This document shows, one piece after another, positions 43,508 to 53,195 of a DNA stretch of 64,000 nt. Every line of letters starts with the position of its first letter. Positions within the stretch are counted from its first letter, which is position 1. The notes below the pieces were generated by a model. That model was not told the DNA's origin and ran no database searches. It was given only the letters and a program-made list of their open reading frames with translations. The stretch spans positions 11,080 to 75,079 of the forward strand of contig CAZYIX010000001.1 of assembly GCA_964647665.1 (NCBI GenBank), read 5' to 3'. The translations under genes and the position numbers were made by a program. Origin of the DNA: an uncultured Candidatus Poseidoniales archaeon (lineage in GTDB: Archaea; Thermoplasmatota; Poseidoniia; Poseidoniales; Thalassarchaeaceae).

Positions 43508-44295
43508 TTGACATCGATTCGATTGTTGAATGGTCTGCAAGTCCGGGTGGAATTGCAATTTGGTTGACCATGCTGCTCGGTCTGATTTTCGGTAGCATGC
43601 TGCTGAGTGCCGACCGCAGCATGAAATTAGGTCGTGAGGCGGCGCTGCTCGCGCTGCTCGCAGCGGTTGCAAGCGCAGCACGAGTGCTATTCGCAGCATT
43701 ACCCAATGTGCAACCAGTCACCATTCTGATTCTGCTGATTGGAATCCATTTGGGACCACGACGAGCAACAGCAGTGGCAGTGCTAGTCGCCCTACTCTCA
43801 AACATGGCTCTTGGACACGGGCCGTGGACGTTCTATCAGGCTGTGGCATGGGCTTTGGTTGGCATCTCTGGCTGGGTGCTTCGACCATGGCTGGTGAGTC
43901 GTGATGGCATGACAGTTCGAGTGCTGCCTCTGGCGATTTTAGGCTTCATCTGGGGTTTCCTATATGACTGGCTAGTTTCCATCACTATGCTTGCAATAAC
44001 TCAGCAAATTGAATCATATATCTCCTACTTCATGCTCGGTTTACCCTTTGACCTGATGCACGCAGTTGGCAATGTTCTGTTCGCGATTTGGCTCGCTCCT
44101 TCGCTGCACCGGTTGCTGTGGTTACACTGCAGACACGATGCAGGAGGCTGGGTTGACGATCTTCCTGAGGACGTTCTGCGTCGCGAAGCGTTCATTTCAG
44201 GTGGGTCCGACGCCACATTGAGCGAGAGCAAGTCTGGCGCCGACCCGATGGCAGGAATCCGTAGATTCGACACGATTGATGAAGGAGGTGACTGA
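43504..44295 (+). CDS. ECF S component, CbrT-like (probable cobalamin)
   Basis: LPNVQPVT, SN..LG.GPWT.YQ, GLPFD..HA.GN motifs; GGAGGTGA SD; ATGA overlap. Confidence 0.85.
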   Translation: MIDIDSIVEWSASPGGIAIWLTMLLGLIFGSMLLSADRSMKLGREAALLALLAAVASAARVLFAALPNVQPVTILILLIGIHLGPRRATAVAVLVALLSNMALGHGPWTFYQAVAWALVGISGWVLRPWLVSRDGMTVRVLPLAILGFIWGFLYDWLVSITMLAITQQIESYISYFMLGLPFDLMHAVGNVLFAIWLAPSLHRLLWLHCRHDAGGWVDDLPEDVLRREAFISGGSDATLSESKSGADPMAGIRRFDTIDEGGD

Positions 44296-44670
44296 ATGGC
44301 TGCAAAGAAGCAGGATGAACTGACCATGGTTCTGGTAACTCGCAAGGATTTGGCACTGTCGCGTGGCAAGTTGGCTGCGCAGTGTAGCCACGCCGCTGCT
44401 GAGTGTGTACTCAAGGCAAATCGCGATGTTCCTGCCACGCTGAACGCATGGAGGGATAATGGGGCACGCAAGATAGTCTGCGAGGCTTCCTCACTCGATG
44501 CCCTCAAGCGGCTATTCGGTGAAGCACAGGCGGCTGGTTTGGTATGCTACATGGTCAAAGACGCCGGTCACACCGAGATTCCAGCAGGTACTGTCACTGT
44601 CGTAGGAATCGGTCCTGGCCCACGCCGCTCAATTGACTCTTTGACCGGTTCACTGGGCCTAGTACGCTGA
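44296..44670 (+). CDS. pth2: Peptidyl-tRNA hydrolase 2
   Basis: R.DL..SRGKLAAQCSHA, W...G.RKIV, DAGHTE..GT.T..GIGP. Confidence 0.96.
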   Translation: MAAKKQDELTMVLVTRKDLALSRGKLAAQCSHAAAECVLKANRDVPATLNAWRDNGARKIVCEASSLDALKRLFGEAQAAGLVCYMVKDAGHTEIPAGTVTVVGIGPGPRRSIDSLTGSLGLVR

Positions 44671-44760
44671 ACCGGTGGATTCTTTGCTCACGCCTGAGCA
44701 CATGTGTGTGAGTCGTGTGCACGCCGCGGCTCGTAGAGCCGCGCTGTGAGATGAGATTCG

Positions 44761-46446
44761 ATGGATGATATTGACGTCTTTGAAGCGGAACTGCTCGACG
44801 ACGACGAAATACTCGAAGCAACCGTCCTTGAAGATGACGAAATTGTTGTAGCGGCCATTCTTGATGACATCCACCTCGACAAAGATCGCCGTGAGAAGCG
44901 CCAACTCGACATCGCAATGGCAGCAACAGGTGCCATCGTCATCGTGTTTAGCGTGATTTCTGCAATCTTCGGCACCCCAGTAATTGAGCATATCAACGAC
45001 TTCAACATCTCTGGCTACCAGCAGGTGGATGTTGAGTGGCATGAGTCAATATACATGCCACGTCACCCCAATTGTGTCGACCCGAACAATGGACAGGATA
45101 TGCCTGAATACGGCATCGGATACGAGCCATCACTAGCCATTGACAGCCAAGGTAACATGTTCATCACTGCCCACAAGGATTTGCGTTGGTCTTCTCCCGA
45201 TGGTGGCCTTGCCAACCCCTTAGACGGGCAGGCGCACATCTATCCCGACGGTGCTTGCCTCGACGGTTATTCCACCTCGTGGGACTACTTCGCCTCGTGG
45301 TTCTGGGTTTCCAACGACAATGGTAGCACATGGGGCTGGGGAGACAACTTTGAGGAAACTCCGGGCACTGTAGTTGAGGGGCAGGTGACCAATGGAGCGA
45401 GCGGTAGTGCTTGTCTTGGAGATGAAGGAGATATTGCAATCGATGAGATGGACCGCATTTACTATCTCGACACCTACCTTGAGGACAACTGGATTCATCA
45501 ATTCACCAACGGCGGCAACACCTTCGAAAGTGGATTCTGTGATCGCCAATACTCAATGGCTGCTGACGACAGACCGTGGATACAGGCACAAGGGCAGGGT
45601 ATTGTCCACTATCTCGGTAATTCTGGAGTATCGGTGCAAGACTGTGAGAATGGTGCTGCACGTTACTGGTATTACCGCAGCACCGACCAAGGCCAGACTT
45701 GGAGCCAATGTTTCTCGATGCCTGGCGGCTGGTCGACAATTGCCAGCGAGCGAGGCGGCCCCTACGTCTTCGTAGCGCAGGAGAACGCCGATACTTTGAC
45801 TGGCCACGTGCAGGTACGCATTTCATCGGATACCGGAGAGAATTGGGGTACCCCGATTAATGTCGGACCTCGTGAAGGCAACCCACCTGAGGGCTATCCG
45901 CTGGTTGAGACCAATGGCGTCGGCACCGTTGGCGTTGTTTGGGCCGACGCGCCTCAAGGCGGCACCGGAGTATGGGCGATTCGCCTTGCGATGTCGTATG
46001 ATAGAGGCGAGAGTTGGGAGAGTTGGGACATCACCCCGCAATGGCAAGGCATCACTATGTATCCTTTCATTTCAATCAGTGAGGACAACATCACGACGGT
46101 GACGTTCTACGGACTTGATTTCGAGCGGGCTGATGGCAACTACACAGTTGGTCATCAATGGCATCTTTACTCCGCTGCTTTGCGAGAACCGCATGAGAAT
46201 GACACCTTTGATTACGAGATTGCAGCATGGAATGAAGATGGCACCCCAGAAGCATTGCACACCGTCACTCAGTATGAGGAGGATACCGGGGATGTTCACG
46301 CTCTACACGACTTCTTTGAGACAGTTATCTCACCCGATGGGACATGGATGGGCATAGCCTACCAGCAGAATATCGGGGCACATCCATTCGAGGACGATGA
46401 GGAGCAGCGATACATCAAATTCCTCCGCGGCGACTTCGACGTCTGA
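44761..46446 (+). CDS. Membrane-anchored Asp-box (BNR) beta-propeller, sialidase-like
   Basis: SNDNGSTW, STDQGQTW, SSDTGENW, SYDRGESW; DRPW; N-terminal TM. Confidence 0.85.
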   Translation: MDDIDVFEAELLDDDEILEATVLEDDEIVVAAILDDIHLDKDRREKRQLDIAMAATGAIVIVFSVISAIFGTPVIEHINDFNISGYQQVDVEWHESIYMPRHPNCVDPNNGQDMPEYGIGYEPSLAIDSQGNMFITAHKDLRWSSPDGGLANPLDGQAHIYPDGACLDGYSTSWDYFASWFWVSNDNGSTWGWGDNFEETPGTVVEGQVTNGASGSACLGDEGDIAIDEMDRIYYLDTYLEDNWIHQFTNGGNTFESGFCDRQYSMAADDRPWIQAQGQGIVHYLGNSGVSVQDCENGAARYWYYRSTDQGQTWSQCFSMPGGWSTIASERGGPYVFVAQENADTLTGHVQVRISSDTGENWGTPINVGPREGNPPEGYPLVETNGVGTVGVVWADAPQGGTGVWAIRLAMSYDRGESWESWDITPQWQGITMYPFISISEDNITTVTFYGLDFERADGNYTVGHQWHLYSAALREPHENDTFDYEIAAWNEDGTPEALHTVTQYEEDTGDVHALHDFFETVISPDGTWMGIAYQQNIGAHPFEDDEEQRYIKFLRGDFDV

Positions 46447-46455
46447 GGTGGACGC

Positions 46456-47520
46456 ATGGAACTCATCGATGCAGACATTACGGCTGCACACACCCTGCCT
46501 TCATCGTATTACACCGATTCTGAGACTTTTCAGTCGGTACTATCCACCTTCGGTGGACACTGGCACTTCGCTGCTCACAAAAATCAACTCGCAAACGCGA
46601 ATGTACTTCCAATCGATAATCCGCTGAATGAGATGATGTTGCTGTCCATGCACGAAGGGAAATTGCTAGCGTTATCCAATGTGTGCACTCACCGAGGAAT
46701 GTTGGTCTGCACCGAAGCGAGTGAATGCAAGCAGTTGCAGTGTGCCTATCATGGCCGCACGTTTGGGCTGGATGGCACCTTCAAGAATATGCCCGAGTTC
46801 GATGATGTTGCTGATTTCCCCACCCCCGCTGATAATCTTCGCACCTTTCCGTTGGCCGAGTGGAAAGGACTGTTGTTCAACACGGTAGACGCTGAGGATT
46901 TTCAGGGATTTATTTCAGCGGTTGAGCAAAGGGTAGGTTGGCTTGCAATAGAAGAATTCCAGTATGATCCGTCTCGACACCGTGACTATCAAATCGATGC
47001 TAACTGGGCATTATACGTCGACAATTATCTCGAGGGGTTCCATATTCCATATGTGCACGGTGACCTGCATGATGTTCTCGATTACGATGGTTATCGCACC
47101 GAGTTATTCGATGGTGGAGTGCTGCAGATTGGTATGGCCAAAGACGGAGACGTTTGCTTTGACTTGCCAGAAGGCCATCCTGATGCAGGTCAACGTGTAG
47201 CAGCCTACTACTTCTGGCTGCATCCGGGATTGATGTTGAATTTCTATCCATGGGGCCTTTCAATCAATCTTGTAATCCCGGTTGATGTCAATCGCACACG
47301 CATTGTGTATCATGGCTTGGTTGGAGATTCAGGTCAACTTGCAAAGGGCGCAGGCGGCGACCTTGACAAAGTGGAAGCGGAGGACCAATTCATCGTCGAG
47401 TCCTGCCAGAAGGGTGTTCAGTCTTCCGCATACCAACGCGGTCGTTACTCTCCGACTAGAGAGTCAGGAGTGCATCATTTCCACCGAATTATCTCCTCGG
47501 GCTTGAGTCGTGAAGTCTAA
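46456..47520 (+). CDS. Rieske non-heme iron oxygenase alpha subunit (choline monooxygenase-like)
   Basis: NVCTHRG...CAYHG; NW..Y.DNYLEGFH...VH; ED; GRY. Confidence 0.92.
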   Translation: MELIDADITAAHTLPSSYYTDSETFQSVLSTFGGHWHFAAHKNQLANANVLPIDNPLNEMMLLSMHEGKLLALSNVCTHRGMLVCTEASECKQLQCAYHGRTFGLDGTFKNMPEFDDVADFPTPADNLRTFPLAEWKGLLFNTVDAEDFQGFISAVEQRVGWLAIEEFQYDPSRHRDYQIDANWALYVDNYLEGFHIPYVHGDLHDVLDYDGYRTELFDGGVLQIGMAKDGDVCFDLPEGHPDAGQRVAAYYFWLHPGLMLNFYPWGLSINLVIPVDVNRTRIVYHGLVGDSGQLAKGAGGDLDKVEAEDQFIVESCQKGVQSSAYQRGRYSPTRESGVHHFHRIISSGLSREV

Positions 47521-47544
47521 GGATGGTGCAGCCGAGGGGTTCGC

Positions 47545-48069
47545 ATGGTCGCTGTTCGCACCCTTTCTGAATCTGACCGCGACGATCTAATTTCTTGTTG
47601 TAAGGGCATTGCTGACACCGTTGCATGGTTGGATTCCATCGACCGCCGACCTGGTTTGGACGAGATAGGCGAGAAATTGACAGCAATGCCAGTCAATCTT
47701 GAGGCAATGAGACGACACGTCTCTTATTCCGAAGATGGATACCAACGTAATATCATCAAGAAAACCGAGCATTACGAGATGGTTGCAGTATCGTGGAAGC
47801 CGGGCCAAGACACCCCTATCCATGACCACAAAGGAAGCGACTGCGTATTCCTCATCGTCGAGGGTGTCTCAACTGAGACTGTCTACCAACTCGATAATGA
47901 CGGACTTGCCCATGCGAAGGGAGTTCGCCTCTACCAACCCGGTGAGGTATGTGCAGCCGATGAGCCGGACATCCATCGAGTATCCAATGACACCGATGGC
48001 AATTTGATTAACATACACATTTACACGCCTCCATTGAAGGGATTCGGCATCTATGAATCTGCTGAGTGA
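47545..48069 (+). CDS. Cysteine/thiol dioxygenase family protein
   Basis: Y.RN, W.PGQ.TPIHDH..S.C, IHRV.N, HIYTPP. Confidence 0.9.
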   Translation: MVAVRTLSESDRDDLISCCKGIADTVAWLDSIDRRPGLDEIGEKLTAMPVNLEAMRRHVSYSEDGYQRNIIKKTEHYEMVAVSWKPGQDTPIHDHKGSDCVFLIVEGVSTETVYQLDNDGLAHAKGVRLYQPGEVCAADEPDIHRVSNDTDGNLINIHIYTPPLKGFGIYESAE

Positions 48070-48070
48070 C

Positions 48071-48778
48071 TCATAACGAAAAGTTGCTGAACTCATCCTT
48101 TGGCTGTTGATGTTCAGCCTGTTGTAGTGTCAGAGCCATCTTTTCCTCAGGGCTCTTCATAGTCAATCCAAGTATCAATCCAATCATTGCAAACAATCCG
48201 CCGCATCCACAGCACATGCTGCCTCCAACAGTTCCACCCATCATGGCGCCGAGTCCGCCAACTAAAGCGCCTAATAATTCGTCATCATTAGTGACCCAAA
48301 CAGTAGTGTTCGACTCGAATTCCACCGTTCCCTCGTAGCAAGCAAGACAAGCCCTACCCACTTTGATTAGGCCTTCCCCCACCCTGTCAAAATTCTTGTT
48401 TTCGTCATCTGCCTCGCACCCATCATACCAATCATTGACCTCGTAGTAGAATGAGCCATTTAGTTCTCGAGATTCCCCCCCCCAATCACTGATTTCAGGG
48501 TGTGATAGTATGGTGATGTTGGTCGCTTCGCAGTGGTCCCATCTCCCATTGTCATCTTCATCCAGATATTCGCCCTTTACCCAGAAAGTGACTCCTAGAT
48601 CTCCGTTCCCATCATCATCTGCAATCTGTATGGTTCCTGATGTTTCGTTCTCAACAGCAAAATTCCCGAGTTCACCAAAATCATCTACACCTTTTGTAAC
48701 GCCGCCAAACATCATTGCAGCACCAAGTATCATCATGATGATTCCCGCGGGGAGTAGAATTTTGCCACTGATGTGCAT
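48071..48778 (-). CDS. Hypothetical membrane protein (2 TM flanking an acidic Cys-containing loop)
   Basis: Hydrophobic ends; CCGCGG in the C-terminal TM. Confidence 0.65.
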   Translation of the reverse strand: MHISGKILLPAGIIMMILGAAMMFGGVTKGVDDFGELGNFAVENETSGTIQIADDDGNGDLGVTFWVKGEYLDEDDNGRWDHCEATNITILSHPEISDWGGESRELNGSFYYEVNDWYDGCEADDENKNFDRVGEGLIKVGRACLACYEGTVEFESNTTVWVTNDDELLGALVGGLGAMMGGTVGGSMCCGCGGLFAMIGLILGLTMKSPEEKMALTLQQAEHQQPKDEFSNFSL

Positions 48779-48859
48779 GACTATTCGAGACAATCTTTGG
48801 CAATAAGGATTCACCAAGGTCAACCTTGTCCTTGGGTCGAATGAGCATCAATACACTGC

Positions 48860-50116
48860 TTAACAACTCGACGATTTATCGCGCACGACATCGAGTTTGT
48901 AATCTTCAAGCACCTCACTGAAGATTTGAATATCGGATTCAAACGTCTTTGGCAATAATGGTCCGAAAGAAAAGCGGAAGAATCGAGAATATGGTGTAAC
49001 ATAGTTGGGGTCTTTTGAATGTGGACGGGCCATATCGCATTCAGAAGCGCATAGGATTGCGGCACCGCGCTTGAATAGTCGCTTGTTGAGTTCGTCGCTG
49101 GTCATTCCCTCAGGAAGTTCAAGCCAGTGGTAGAATCCACCGTTGCCCGTGTAGATTCCTAGACCCATTTCCTCGAATGCCTTCCCGTATCGCTCCCGCT
49201 GCCAGTTGTAGTGCTGCTCTACAGCCTTGCGGGCTCGCTTGACGCGGCTAGGTTCGAGAAGCTTGACTGCGTAGTGTTGCGACGGATGGCTCACGCCACC
49301 CATGCCGAAACTAGAGTAATTGGCCATCGTCTCGACGTTGTTCTTGCTTGCGATAATCCAACCGACACGGATTCCCGGAGATTGTAGGCCCTTGGTGCAG
49401 GCGCCAGAAATGAATACGTTGCTGTTGTCTAGGTCCTGTACGAACTCGATTCCACTAACGGAAGGAGAATGAAACATCTCGTATGCTTCATCCAGCAGTA
49501 TTCCGTTCCCGGGCTGCTCGGCCATCTGGATTAGTTCCCTGAGTTCCTCTCCTGAACGGGTCTGGCCCGATGGATTCTGGGGGTTGGATATGACCGGCAT
49601 GATACGTGTATCAGCGTCGAGATTATCGCGGTCGTAGTAGGCGGCGTTATTCGGATGGAAGTTGTTCTCCTTGGTGAAGGGGACGATATGGTATTGGGTA
49701 TTGGTCTGCTCCATGATGTCTAGATAAGCGGGCCATTCGATGTTTCCGATTGTCACCTGCACATGCTCTTTGAGGAATGCCATCACGGTGTAGATGCCTG
49801 GCCGTCCGCCCGCGAAAATCATGACATTCTCGGGTGTGATGCTGGAACCGTATCGGGAGTTGTAGTAGTCAACAATAGCCTCACGCAATGCCGGATGTCC
49901 CCATGCTTTGGGGTAGAAGCGATCTTCCCAAGTCACGTCGACGCTCGAGGGAAGTGGAGGGCCTCCGAACTCCTCCAGCGGCGTTGTCAGAGGGAATCCC
50001 TGCGACCACGGGTGCGTGCCTTCGGTGCCCATGAAACTGCCAAACGAGTCCCTGAACGCGTACAGTGTCTCGTAGATACCCATCGGGGGGCAGTTGTCAG
50101 ATAGGAAGGATTCCAT
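48860..50116 (-). CDS. PLP-dependent aminotransferase class I/II
   Basis: QGFP, G...LREAI, NPQNPSG, DEAY, TK....PGIRVGW, RFSF; start could be 50155. Confidence 0.9.
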   Translation of the reverse strand: MESFLSDNCPPMGIYETLYAFRDSFGSFMGTEGTHPWSQGFPLTTPLEEFGGPPLPSSVDVTWEDRFYPKAWGHPALREAIVDYYNSRYGSSITPENVMIFAGGRPGIYTVMAFLKEHVQVTIGNIEWPAYLDIMEQTNTQYHIVPFTKENNFHPNNAAYYDRDNLDADTRIMPVISNPQNPSGQTRSGEELRELIQMAEQPGNGILLDEAYEMFHSPSVSGIEFVQDLDNSNVFISGACTKGLQSPGIRVGWIIASKNNVETMANYSSFGMGGVSHPSQHYAVKLLEPSRVKRARKAVEQHYNWQRERYGKAFEEMGLGIYTGNGGFYHWLELPEGMTSDELNKRLFKRGAAILCASECDMARPHSKDPNYVTPYSRFFRFSFGPLLPKTFESDIQIFSEVLEDYKLDVVRDKSSSC

Positions 50117-50512
50117 TTGAGTGCCCCTTGGTCTACTATGCTGCTCCACAGTCATGCTATTTTTGAGGTTCACGCCGCGGCATTCTTGCCAACAAAGGTA
50201 ACCATATATTGCTTTGAAGATGAGCACCGATTATATCTTGTTTGCAGAAAGTGAAGGTTGATGCGGGGCTACACCATTCGGCCATCATGGAGAGGTGCGC
50301 ACAATGCACGAGAATCGCTCGGCAACGCTGCCGGCTTTGTTCCTTATCGAATTGCTCTTACCATATGAGACAAGGTATCTGCACCGGCTGTTCTCACCTC
50401 AAGGGGCGTCGTTGATTCCACCATCATCAGCACTACCAACTTTGTATACACATCTTTCAAGTCATATTTTCTGCACATGAATGCTAAGTGTGCGACCCTA
50501 ACTCGACAGACC

Positions 50513-51559
50513 ATGCGCGAGTACCCTTCCGACCGCGTAGATTTGCGCAGTGATACGGTTACACAGCCGACTGCGGCCATGCGTGAGGCGATTGCAAACG
50601 CCGTTGTCGGCGACGATGTTTTGGGAGACGACCCGACTGTGAACGCACTACAGGAAAAAATCGCAGCGATGCTTGGTAAGGAGGCAGGATTGTTTGTTCC
50701 ATCAGGTACAATGTCCAATGCGGTAGCTGTTCGAACACATACATCTCAAGGCGATGAAATCGTCATGGAGGGAACTAGTCACATCTACCTCTACGAAGGC
50801 GGAGGCTATGCTCACCTTTCCGGCTGCTCAGTCGCTTTGGTTGAAGGCGAAATGGGATTGCTGGACACTGAGACTGTTGAGGCAGCAATTCGTAAGGCTG
50901 AGGGCAGCATGTCTCACTTTCCAGACTGTTCCCTAGTATCTCTTGAGAACACATCCAATCGGGGTGGCGGCACTTGCTATCCGCAGCAGGTCATCGATGA
51001 AATCTGTGCAGCAGCCCATGAGCATGGCTGTGCAGTTCACATGGATGGCGCTCGTCTATTCAATGCGGTCATCGCCACCGGGACCGATGCTGCGAGGATG
51101 GTGAAGGATTGTGATTCCATCTCCATCTGTCTGTCCAAGGGACTGGGTGCACCGGCAGGTTCGATATTGGTAGGTTCTTCTGAATTCATTGCAGAGGCAC
51201 ACCGTTGGCGGAAGATGTTTGGCGGCGGCATGCGACAGGCTGGGATATTGGCCGCCGCTGGCTTGTATGCACTTGAGAACAATATCGAGCGATTGGCAGA
51301 GGACCATGCCCGAGCGAGACGATTAGCCGAGGCAGTGGATACGATGTCGGGTTTCTCAGTTGACCTTGATAGCGTCCAGACCAACATGGTTTACGTCACC
51401 ACAGAAAATCCGGCAGATGACGTTGTCGAGGCTCTGGCTGCTCATGGTGTGGACCTATTCGCTCTCTCACCGAACAGCCTCCGCGTGGTTATTCATCTGC
51501 ACATCACCGATGACGATGTCGGGCGCGCAATAGCGGCTTTTGAATCGCTCCAAGCCTGA
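50513..51559 (+). CDS. ltaE: Low-specificity L-threonine aldolase
   Basis: [46 protein letters not shown]. Confidence 0.95.
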   Translation: MREYPSDRVDLRSDTVTQPTAAMREAIANAVVGDDVLGDDPTVNALQEKIAAMLGKEAGLFVPSGTMSNAVAVRTHTSQGDEIVMEGTSHIYLYEGGGYAHLSGCSVALVEGEMGLLDTETVEAAIRKAEGSMSHFPDCSLVSLENTSNRGGGTCYPQQVIDEICAAAHEHGCAVHMDGARLFNAVIATGTDAARMVKDCDSISICLSKGLGAPAGSILVGSSEFIAEAHRWRKMFGGGMRQAGILAAAGLYALENNIERLAEDHARARRLAEAVDTMSGFSVDLDSVQTNMVYVTTENPADDVVEALAAHGVDLFALSPNSLRVVIHLHITDDDVGRAIAAFESLQA

Positions 51560-51603
51560 GATTTTGCGTGTATTCAAATAGGGCCAATAGTGATGAGGAC
51601 GCC

Positions 51604-53190
51604 ATGTCTGCATCCTGTGTCGCTTGTAATGACCAATCTAAGCCGTTGAGCAGTGGTTGGTGCTCCCTCTGCACCCTGCTTCGTCGACCTCTTCTCGGTA
51701 TCTCAGCGGATACCGAACCGTCGTTGGCAGACCGTGTTGAAGCCAAGGCACTACTCGCTGAATCAGAAGGTATGCACGATGATATTCGCTGGCAAATGCT
51801 AGCCGAGCAAATTGTTGACCGTGTACCAGCTATCACTGCTCTTTTTGAGCGTAGATTGGCAGTAAATTGGGGTGTATCCAACCGTGACGAGTGGCGTCAG
51901 TTTGTCGAAGATTGGCAACCGCGTGCTCAGGGCAAGCGTGCCAACGCGCTCCCATGTGTACCAAACATCAGTGTCAACTTTCCATCCAATGGTACGTTGA
52001 GTCGTCGCGACAAGGACCTGTTCATTCAGGATGTTCGTCTACTCGGTCCGTTACCTATTGCCGACGTTGCCGATTGGCTCAGTAATGGCGCCGAGGCGCG
52101 TCCGCGTGCATACGAGGATTGGAACGAGGCGTTGGGTATGATGTCGGCTTGCACATGGCCTGTGAACGGCATCATCGACAGTGAATGGTTGGTAGAGAAC
52201 ACACTGCCTGGAATTCCGTTCCCGGGGGGCCTTAACCCTGCAGCAATCGAACAATTCGATGTTGAGACCTTCGCTATGTCCACAATGGACCAGCCACAGC
52301 ATCCGTTTTGGAATTGGGTATGTACTCAAATTTCATCCAAAGCCGACCTCTCAACCGCTTTACTGGTTGGTAATATTGGTGAGGAACTATGGGTCGAAAT
52401 TGCTCGTCGTGGTGGTGAACTCACCGATTTGTGGCGAGCGGCCCTCAAGGATTGGAAGGGCACTCACAACGCACCGATTCAGCCAGCACTTGTGGTTAAG
52501 GATGACCGCTTGTACCTGCTTACGGTGAAGGATGGTAGCTTCCAACCAACACCAATTCCACCCCTACCACGTGTCTGGAATATGCTCATCGCCTGTTCTA
52601 TGTCACCCCCTGGCAGCGAGCCAGCACGTCTGCTCGCTGCGTTGCGTTGGTGCTGGAATGATGATGATACCAGTTTGGTTCCAGACGAACGACAGATGCG
52701 TGGTCTCTCCATGCTACGACAGGTCTGTAGCAGCCACGCAGAGCGTGTATCAACCCTCGATGATGGTGAAGGCATCCTCATTCAGGGTGATAGTGGCATG
52801 TGCTACAAGGTGTACACTCGTGAGTCGTTGATGGGTCGCCGAGCCTTGAAAGTCATCGCTTTTCGCCACCGAGCTGCCTACGATAAGGGCGAGAACGGTA
52901 TGCCGGTTTGCATCGAGGCCAACGACCTCTCCGCTTCTGCTCTTCCGCTTGGGGACTACGCTGCTTCCTTCGTGCTCGGTTTGCTCAGCGATGTAATCAT
53001 GGCGCAGAAGGTAGCGACCCTACGTCTGCTCCACGCTGAGTGGAATCGTGCCCCACGTCACGACTCCCGAAGATGGCGTGAACTGATTGACAAGTACCCA
53101 ATGGGTATTGCCCTTGAGCAAGAGGATGAGGAAGAATACGATGACGAGTATTGGGATGACGAGGATTACGATGAATCTTGGGATGAGTGA
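51604..53190 (+). CDS. Hypothetical protein, Cys4 finger + 'LPLGD' domain family, paralogue 2 (acidic tail)
   Basis: CVAC...GWCSLC; ALRW, QGDSG, VCI, LPLGD. Confidence 0.8.
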   Translation: MSASCVACNDQSKPLSSGWCSLCTLLRRPLLGISADTEPSLADRVEAKALLAESEGMHDDIRWQMLAEQIVDRVPAITALFERRLAVNWGVSNRDEWRQFVEDWQPRAQGKRANALPCVPNISVNFPSNGTLSRRDKDLFIQDVRLLGPLPIADVADWLSNGAEARPRAYEDWNEALGMMSACTWPVNGIIDSEWLVENTLPGIPFPGGLNPAAIEQFDVETFAMSTMDQPQHPFWNWVCTQISSKADLSTALLVGNIGEELWVEIARRGGELTDLWRAALKDWKGTHNAPIQPALVVKDDRLYLLTVKDGSFQPTPIPPLPRVWNMLIACSMSPPGSEPARLLAALRWCWNDDDTSLVPDERQMRGLSMLRQVCSSHAERVSTLDDGEGILIQGDSGMCYKVYTRESLMGRRALKVIAFRHRAAYDKGENGMPVCIEANDLSASALPLGDYAASFVLGLLSDVIMAQKVATLRLLHAEWNRAPRHDSRRWRELIDKYPMGIALEQEDEEEYDDEYWDDEDYDESWDE

Positions 53191-53195
53191 TTCCC

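Noticed and set aside
50344-50478. 44-aa minus-strand ORF in the aminotransferase-ltaE spacer
   Set aside because: No SD, motif or compositional support
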